Of a stretch of 64,000 nucleotides of DNA, positions 57,366 to 64,000 are shown one piece after another. The DNA lies in the NCBI GenBank assembly GCA_963788395.1, contig CAWBGV010000026.1, positions 137 to 64,136 of the forward strand, read 5' to 3'. The position numbers and the translations under genes are program-made. The DNA is from Candidatus Doudnabacteria bacterium. GTDB taxonomy: Bacteria; Patescibacteriota; Doudnabacteria; UBA920. Under the pieces are notes generated by a model. That model was not told the origin of the DNA. It made no database searches and saw nothing but the letters and a program-made list of their open reading frames with translations. Numbering within the stretch: position 1 is the first letter of the stretch; every line of letters begins with the position of its first letter.

Positions 57366-57776
57366 TTAAAGTGTCAAATGTCTTAGAACACTTTGGAGTT
57401 GGTCAGGATTTGTCCTAAGGTCAATCTGAATACAATTTTGCAGGCAGTTATTCTGTTCCAATCCTCGCTTTTCGGCAATAGGAAGCCAGTCATCCAGCCA
57501 AAGGAACGGCTGGCCAAAATCTATGCCGTCCGTTTTAAGTTTATTCCAGTCATTCGGCTGGATTTTTTTAGTTAAAACTAAAAGTTCATTAGGCAGGAAA
57601 TTTTTTAGGTGTTCGTCTACCCTGTTACCGCCGCCAGCGCAATGGGTAGTAAGCCAATAACAGTTAAAATGCTCTGTTACGTATTCTAAAAATTCTTTCA
57701 AACCATTGGCAGGCTTGCCGTCGTTTATAATTACCCCGTCAATGTCTAAGTAAATATTCATATCTTTTACATCCAA
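57366..57776 (-). CDS. HAD-superfamily phosphatase-like small protein
   Basis: MNIYLDIDGVI (motif I DxDG) and …FLWLDDW… (motif IV DD). Overlaps the upstream ORF by 10 nt. Confidence 0.5.
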   Translation of the reverse strand: MDVKDMNIYLDIDGVIINDGKPANGLKEFLEYVTEHFNCYWLTTHCAGGGNRVDEHLKNFLPNELLVLTKKIQPNDWNKLKTDGIDFGQPFLWLDDWLPIAEKRGLEQNNCLQNCIQIDLRTNPDQLQSVLRHLTL

Positions 57777-58357
57777 GTACCGTTTTTTTCTGTCTTCATA
57801 GGTATCCAGTTGGCGTAAATATATTTATTATCAATAACATCAGGTTTTTCAAAAGGTAGGGACTTTTTGAGCATTGGCAATATATTAGCCAATTCTGGTA
57901 TTTCTGTAAAAGGAATTGCAAGAGTGGAAATTTGTTTGTCGCCCCAGAGCTTAAATTTTACGTTTGTGTGAGAGGTTGGTTTAATAACTTCATACTCTTT
58001 AGCATCTCGGTTGTATTTGGCAATTAAATCGGGGGTGATTTTGTCAAAAGACATTATGATAGGGGGCTCGGCATATCTCAATTCGCCGCTTTCCAATTTT
58101 GGAACGCCGTTATTTTTGTAATACAAGAAGTGTGAAAATAAATCATTAAAATCTAAATCATTACCGCTCCTTGCACGCATTGAAATATTATCTATGGTTG
58201 GATTTTTAACAAAAAGATAAAAGTAAGAATCTATCCCAATATGGCTATGAAACCTGTCGGAAAACCAATAAAAACACGGACGCTTTAAATCCTTATGTGT
58301 AAATTCCTCTCTGTATTCATCTGAATTATGGAAAAATGAGATATATTGTGGTGTCAT
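57767..58357 (-). CDS. hypothetical protein (no recognisable domain)
   Basis: 196-aa ORF, AT-rich, co-oriented with and overlapping the HAD-like gene. It lies next to tRNA-His. Confidence 0.5.
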   Translation of the reverse strand: MTPQYISFFHNSDEYREEFTHKDLKRPCFYWFSDRFHSHIGIDSYFYLFVKNPTIDNISMRARSGNDLDFNDLFSHFLYYKNNGVPKLESGELRYAEPPIIMSFDKITPDLIAKYNRDAKEYEVIKPTSHTNVKFKLWGDKQISTLAIPFTEIPELANILPMLKKSLPFEKPDVIDNKYIYANWIPMKTEKNGTWM

Positions 58358-58397
58358 TTATTTTCTTTTAACAAACTTTAAACCCTATTTAGAATTT

Positions 58398-58472
58398 TGG
58401 GGCGGCTAACGGGGATTGAACCCGTGATTACTCTGCCACAGAGAGTCGTGTTGCCACTACACCATAGCCGCC
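58398..58472 (-). tRNA. tRNA-His (anticodon GTG) with encoded G-1 and CCA
   Basis: The reverse complement GGCGGCTATGGTGTAGTGGCAACACGACTCTCTGTGGCAGAGTAATCACGGGTTCAATCCCCGTTAGCCGCCCCA folds as a cloverleaf: acceptor GCGGCTA/TAGCCGC, anticodon stem ACTCT/AGAGT, loop CTGTGGC, T arm ACGGG-TTCAATC-CCCGT, G-1:C73. Confidence 0.9.
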
Positions 58473-58665
58473 ATATTTTCTAACAAAAAAACTCTCGCAC
58501 AGAATTGTGAAGAGCTTGCAAATATACCTGCTGTGCCAGGTGAAAATAGTATATCAGTTTATACGATTTTGGTCAATAATACCAGTAGCAAAAGTTTATA
58601 AAAAAGTGCTAAAATTAGACCATAAACAAAGGATTTTTATAATCCCGTATATGTATATGTAATTT

Positions 58666-59550
58666 ATGCCAAAGATTAACGAAGCGACAGACACAGACTT
58701 AAAAATTATTGAGGAGTTAACAGCGTTGGGGTGGAAGCGTGGCGACACACTTTTATACCAGCAGGAATATTCGTTAACCCCTGAACAGCAAAAAGTTTTT
58801 GAAGGCAGAAAGAGTATCAAGCCCGACATTACCTTAACTGACTTTAACGGTAACGTCCTTGCTGTTTTTGAAAATAAGTTTGAAGACGAAAAGAAGGCTT
58901 TAACAAAATTGCGTACTTTGTATGCAGCTGTTTTAAAGCCTCGTTTTTTATATGCCTGTTCGCCCGAAAGAACTTTATTTTATGACACCGAATGGAAGGG
59001 CTTGGAAGCTGGGGAATTTCGGCAGGTCAATTCTTTGATGACGCTTGAGGAAATGCTGTTGAAAGTTGAGCAAGCTAAAAAAGTAAATTTACAAAGAGAA
59101 ATTTATATTGATAAAAATATTGCTGGCGGTATAAATCCAAGTTGCGGCAAGGAGACGTATTACCAGACCGAATGTATAACAACCCTGATTGATAAATTTA
59201 GAGGTGGCAAACAGAAGATGTTGGTTCATATGGCGACTGGTTTGGGCAAAACCAGAACAATGGTTGCATTTACAAAAGCCTTGCTGGAATACAATATGGC
59301 CAGAAAAATCCTGTTTGTGGTAGACAGGGTTATGCTTGCGGAACAGGCCTTAAATGACGGCTTTTCTTTAATTAGTAAAGAATTTTCCGCAATTAGAATA
59401 ACATCAGGAAACTTTCGGCAATATAAAAATGCTCAAATTCACATTGTTGTTATAGATACTTTGGAAAATATTTATCAGGATATGCCGAATACTTTTTACG
59501 ATTTGATTATTGTTGATGAGTGTCATCGGTCCTATAAATATAAATCGTAA
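58666..59550 (+). CDS. hsdR: Type I restriction enzyme R subunit, N-terminal part (frameshift ~59535)
   Basis: Nuclease motif KPDITL…AVFENK, helicase motif I HMATGLGKT, motif II IIVDECHRS. Confidence 0.85.
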   Translation: MPKINEATDTDLKIIEELTALGWKRGDTLLYQQEYSLTPEQQKVFEGRKSIKPDITLTDFNGNVLAVFENKFEDEKKALTKLRTLYAAVLKPRFLYACSPERTLFYDTEWKGLEAGEFRQVNSLMTLEEMLLKVEQAKKVNLQREIYIDKNIAGGINPSCGKETYYQTECITTLIDKFRGGKQKMLVHMATGLGKTRTMVAFTKALLEYNMARKILFVVDRVMLAEQALNDGFSLISKEFSAIRITSGNFRQYKNAQIHIVVIDTLENIYQDMPNTFYDLIIVDECHRSYKYKS

Positions 59551-61063
59551 GCTAATTTTTGACCATTTTTTATGTCCACGTATTGGTTTAACCGCAACCC
59601 CAAAAGTTGCTGTTATGGCAAAAGGCAAGCAGGCTTCCGAGGAAGACTTGGCCATATTAGATACCTATAAATTGTTTGGCTGCAAAACTGGTGACCCTGA
59701 TTACCAATTTGATTTAACAAGAGGCATTGAAGAAGGGTTCCTTGCGCCTTATTCTGTTTTATCAATTGAAACCGAATTAACCAAGCTGGCACGGGAGCAG
59801 GGGGTGGAATTTAAGTACGTGTTGGAGCCCGACGAGAGAAAAAAGATTGAGCTGGACAAATCAAAAAAGTTAATGCTGGAACAGCTCGATAAAAAGTATA
59901 TATCCGAAGAGCGTTGTTTGCGTATAGCAGAGGAAATAAAAGCCAATACGGAATATGGCGAAAAGGTTATTCTTTTTGGCGCAAGCCAAGCCCACTGTAC
60001 AATGCTGACCAAGGCTTTAAATAAAGTTTTCGCCACTCCAGAAGACGAAGCCAGCCCTAGATATGCCGAGGCGATTATTTCAGATAACAACGACCTCAAC
60101 GCTACTTTTAAAAAGTGGTTTAAAGATGTAAACCATAAACCGTTTATAGCGGTTTCTGTAGATATTATGGGTACTGGCGTGGACATTCCTTGCGTAAGGT
60201 ACATTACTTTTGCCGCTTTAACTAATTCCGTGGGTAAATATATCCAAATGTTAGGCCGTGGTACACGGCTTGACCCCAAAACGGGGAAGTTTAGTTTTAA
60301 AGTATTAGACTTTGTTGGTCTTTGTGCCTCAATGAATGATAACGGTAAAGGAAGTCCTAAACAGAATGAGCAAATTGTTAAAACGACTGGTCTTAGGAAA
60401 ACCGATATAGTTAGGGAAAATGTAACTTTGGCACACGACTATAAAACTAAAGGCACGTGGTTTATTATTGATAATCCTGACCCCGCAAATTTGATTCAGC
60501 GTGTTTATTTACACGGCGATAAAATTCAAGTAATAGACAACATCCCAATTGAGCAAGCCCGAACATTATTTGAGGAAGAATTGCAAAAGACCAAAATTCC
60601 CGAAGTGGTGGCTATCAAAGAAAAGGTTGAGAAAAACAAAAACTACGAACCCGATGAAAAGGATATTGAAACCATTAGGGATTGGGCAAAAAAGCCAGAA
60701 GTCTATTTAGATGAAGGGCAACTGCAAAAGGCGTACGATTTTGAGCAAGGCTCATTATGGGATTTTTTCCTTAATGCTCTTAACGTAAAGAAAATACCAT
60801 CACCGAAAGAACGAATAGAACGGGGTTATGAATCGTATGTGCGAACGTACAATTTTACCGACGAACAAATTAAAATTTTGGATGACATTAAGGATATTAT
60901 TGCTGCAAATATTGTAGAAAAGAAAAAAATGACTCCGCAGCAAATCTTTAATAACCCTGTATTTGTCAGAATAATCGGGGCAGATTATCACGAGGTAAAC
61001 CAAAAATTTGATAATAATTTACCCAAAGTTTTAGAAGATTTACAAACAACTTTTAAAGTATAA
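59510..61063 (+). CDS. hsdR: Type I restriction enzyme R subunit, C-terminal part
   Basis: Motif III IGLTATP, …VDIMGTGVDIP…, motif VI YIQMLGRGTRL, and an EcoEI_R_C-like tail. Confidence 0.85.
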   Translation: MLMSVIGPININRKLIFDHFLCPRIGLTATPKVAVMAKGKQASEEDLAILDTYKLFGCKTGDPDYQFDLTRGIEEGFLAPYSVLSIETELTKLAREQGVEFKYVLEPDERKKIELDKSKKLMLEQLDKKYISEERCLRIAEEIKANTEYGEKVILFGASQAHCTMLTKALNKVFATPEDEASPRYAEAIISDNNDLNATFKKWFKDVNHKPFIAVSVDIMGTGVDIPCVRYITFAALTNSVGKYIQMLGRGTRLDPKTGKFSFKVLDFVGLCASMNDNGKGSPKQNEQIVKTTGLRKTDIVRENVTLAHDYKTKGTWFIIDNPDPANLIQRVYLHGDKIQVIDNIPIEQARTLFEEELQKTKIPEVVAIKEKVEKNKNYEPDEKDIETIRDWAKKPEVYLDEGQLQKAYDFEQGSLWDFFLNALNVKKIPSPKERIERGYESYVRTYNFTDEQIKILDDIKDIIAANIVEKKKMTPQQIFNNPVFVRIIGADYHEVNQKFDNNLPKVLEDLQTTFKV

Positions 61064-61068
61064 CCATT

Positions 61069-61644
61069 ATGGGAAGGTCAACCGTACATTACGCCGACAA
61101 CGAAACGAATAATACTCTTAAAAGGCTTCATAATAAGCTACGTCCTGCTGGTACGCCTGTTGAAAGGGTGGAGTATATTATTGAGCTTTTGTTGCTCCGA
61201 ATTTTTGAAACCAAAATTAAAAGAGATGAAACCTTTGCGCCTTTGCGCAAGCTTATAAGCGGTGAAAATTATCGTCTCTTATTCTCTCATTTATTATCGT
61301 TAACTGGGGAGCAAGTGTTATCGGAGCTGAATAAAAATATTTTCCCTTTTTATTCCACTATCCTTACAAAGGCTCGTAGAGTAGTGGACGGCAACCTTCC
61401 AACTAAAATGCAGGACCAGCTAATTTTAATGGAAGAAGTTTTTGCCAATTCTAATTTTACTAATAACGTTAAAGGTGGCGTTATTGCAGAAGTCATCGGC
61501 TTAGTGAATGAAATTGATGAAGATAGAATTTTAAAATCCGACTTGCTTGGCGATGCAATTGAATACTGCTCTTTCCGAAACTGGGGGCGCAAAAGATTTA
61601 GGACTTTACCGAACGCCAGACCATATCCGCAAGATGATGGTTGA
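61069..61644 (+). CDS. hsdM: Type I methyltransferase HsdM, N-terminal (HsdM_N) part; 1-nt shift at ~61567
   Basis: …LHNKLRPAGTPVERVEYIIELLLLRIFETK…LLGDAIEY. Removing one T at ~61567 joins it to …LSETGGAKDLGLYRTP…. Confidence 0.85.
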   Translation: MGRSTVHYADNETNNTLKRLHNKLRPAGTPVERVEYIIELLLLRIFETKIKRDETFAPLRKLISGENYRLLFSHLLSLTGEQVLSELNKNIFPFYSTILTKARRVVDGNLPTKMQDQLILMEEVFANSNFTNNVKGGVIAEVIGLVNEIDEDRILKSDLLGDAIEYCSFRNWGRKRFRTLPNARPYPQDDG

Positions 61645-64000
61645 AATGGTTGACCCAGATTTTACGGACACGATTTTTGACCCTGCTTGTGGTACGGCTG
61701 GATTTCTTTTTGATGCGTATGAACACGTCATAGAAAAAGCCAAAAAAACTAGGCAATTTCCCGCCGAACACATTGCAAACCAATTTTACCGAACTGGCAT
61801 AGGCGGGGTTGAATACCAGGGGCGTATTCGTAAAATGGCTGCGGTAAATATGTATATTAGGGGGCTTAATCCGCACAATATCGAGCAAGGCGATTCATTA
61901 AAGACTTATGACCCTTCCAAAGACGCTGGAAGCAAGAGCATAGTTATTGCGAATCCTCCCTTTGGAGCCGAGCGGGACCAACCAGCTTACCCCAACGTTT
62001 GGGAAGACTATCCAAGAGAGTCGGAAACTACCATTCTGTTTGCTAAGCTGATGTTTGATTTGCTTAAGCCAGGCGGCAGATGTGCCGTAGTTGTGTCCGA
62101 GGGTTTCTTAACTTGGGGTCAAAATAGCGCCTGTGCTTTGCGCAAAATGCTTTTGCAGGAAGCCAACCTGAAAGCGATTATCAGTTTACCGCAGGGCGTT
62201 TTCGTGTCCAAAGGGGGTCAGGGAGCCAAAACCTCCATATTATATTTTGAAAAAGGCGAGCCAACAGACTTTGTTTGGTACTACAAGATTGAAAATGACG
62301 GGTTTTCAATGGGGACAAATAGAAAGCCCATTGACGGCGGCCAGATACCCGAAATGTTAAATTTATTTAAAAAGGTTAAAGCTGGAAAGAGGCCTGAAGA
62401 CACAAAATACAGCTTTTGCGTTTCCCGTGAATGGATAGAAACTTTGGACCGAAGAGTTGCCGAGAGAATAAAAACCGAGATTAAGGAAAAGTTAGAAATT
62501 AAAAATAAAGCAAAGAGAGAAAAACTGGTTAATCAGCTGGACGGCAAGCTAGCAAAAGGTGGTATTACAAAACTAGTGTACGAAGAAAAGTTGTGGCAAT
62601 TTGACAATGTTGTAGAATCCCAAGTTGATAACGAGGTAGCTAAAATCATTGAGCACGCCCACACTTATAATTTTAACCTGCCCAATTACAGAAGCAGTTT
62701 AAGCAGCGAACAAACTAGCGTTTGGCGAGAAGTTTTCCAAAATGTTGTTATAAAAAACGGTTCCACTACAGAAAAAAGGTATAAGGAATTAAAAAAGGCT
62801 GATGTTAAAACAGCTGTAAGTATTTTGGCATCCTTTGACCCCGACAACGCATTGCAGATAGACATCGCTAGGGAATTTTTAAGTAACACCAACTTTAGCA
62901 AGGACGGTAAATTTAAAAAGTTAGAAGAAATACTTAAGAAAGGTTCTAAGTACCCGATTACTTCTTTAAAAAATATTATTATTGTCAACGAAGATAGAAT
63001 TAGGCCAGCCAGCTTCCCAGATACGGAGTTTACTGTTTTGGGAGTTTCAAACCAGACAGGGGTTTTTGTAAATGAAAAGTTGCGCGGTTCGGAAATAAAA
63101 CAGGCTTATTTTAGAGTTAGTAAAAACCAATTTTGCTATAACCCGTATCGAATTAATGTCGGCTCAATCGGTCTAAATGAGTTTGACATTGATAACCAAA
63201 TTATTAGCGGAGCATACAATATTTTTGGTTGCAAGGAAGCCGAGTTAAATCCTAAATATTTGGATGCTTTATTCAAAACGCAGAAATTTTTAGATTATGT
63301 TATTAGTAAAGCCAACGGCGGCGTGAGAATGGATTTCAAAATTGAGCATATGCAAGACTGGGAAATTCCTTTACCACCCATTGAAGTACAGAATGAAATA
63401 GTTGAAAAGATAGAACAACAAAAGCAGATTATTACAGGTGTAGAGATGGTCATAAAAGGAGAGAGAGAGAGTCGAGGAATTGTTTTTGAAAAATTAGAAG
63501 ATAAATTAGTTTCAGTTGGTGAATTGTTTGAAACACAATACGGATATACTGATTCCGCAAATGGTACTGGTTCATTCCGATTTGTCAGAATAACTGATAT
63601 TGATGAAGACGGTAAACTTACAGAGTCTGAGAAGGTTTATGTTGATATATTAAAAAAGCAAGACATTGCTCAATACAAACTGAATAACAGTGATTTGTTG
63701 TTGGTCAGAACTGGTGCGACTTTTGGTAAAGTGCTTTATTTTGAATCTGGTGAGCAGTCAATTTTTGCCTCTTATCTAATTCGCTTGAAACCAATAAATA
63801 ATCAGTTACTTCCTAAGTTTTTTTGGTATTTTACTTTTTCAAAGTCATATTGGAGACAAGCATACGCATTGGTGAGTGGTGGCACACAGCCGCAGTTTAA
63901 TGCAAATAAAATTGTTGAAGTAAAAATACCTTTGCCAAGACTTGAAACGCAAAAAGAAATCATTGAAAAACTGGATAACCAAATGCGTTCAGTATCCAAT
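61568..64000 (+). CDS. hsdM: HsdM catalytic domain fused in frame to an HsdS specificity module (open to window end)
   Basis: 811 codons without a stop. Motif I FDPACGTAGFL and motif IV IANPPFG, then two TRD-type regions (…FTVLGVSNQTGVF…; …FRFVRITDIDEDG…), each followed by the HsdS conserved helix (IPLPPIEVQNEIVEKIEQQ; IPLPRLETQKEIIEKLD). Confidence 0.8.

Overview
The window is a composite. Bases 1 to ~9030 are visibly GC-rich. They hold three unrelated fragments joined at junctions near 3468, 5245 and 9030, and each junction cuts genes on both sides. Fragment 1 carries a partial IS3 element, a CDF transporter and a UvrD helicase C-terminal stub. Fragment 2 carries a homoprotocatechuate-type hpaG/hpaR piece and an ArnT-like stub. 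Fragment 3 carries a truncated kup, a BTLCP peptidase and an arylsulfatase. Almost every gene in these fragments has indels. From ~9030 to 64000 the DNA is low-GC and looks like a small-genome, CPR/Patescibacteria-like bacterium; this assignment is an inference from gene content. This part contains infC-rpmI-rplT, recQ, msrA, a short-form 6PGDH, DedA, Nramp, a P1B ATPase, giant modular surface proteins and GxxExxY remnants. Points most worth following up: (1) A 12.5-kb locus of modular secreted giants (38.6-51.1 kb) with TP linkers, five copies of an unassigned ~105-aa module and near-identical DNA cassettes. (2) A minus-strand operon pairing a VirD4/TraD-like ATPase, a Clp-type AAA+ protein and a ~830-aa disordered protein, behind a promoter-RNA-terminator unit and a PaaX/Cas2-fold regulator. 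(3) A tRNA-His-associated defence island holding a MORC-like GHKL ATPase, a DUF2130 protein, a nuclease remnant and a Type I R-M system with fused M-S. (4) A BshA-like / cyclase-hydrolase / half-size BshC-like operon. (5) A perfect 840-bp in-frame tandem duplication. (6) Two dispersed hairpin-repeat families. Frameshifts are frequent across the window, so read-level validation is needed before any of them is called a pseudogene.
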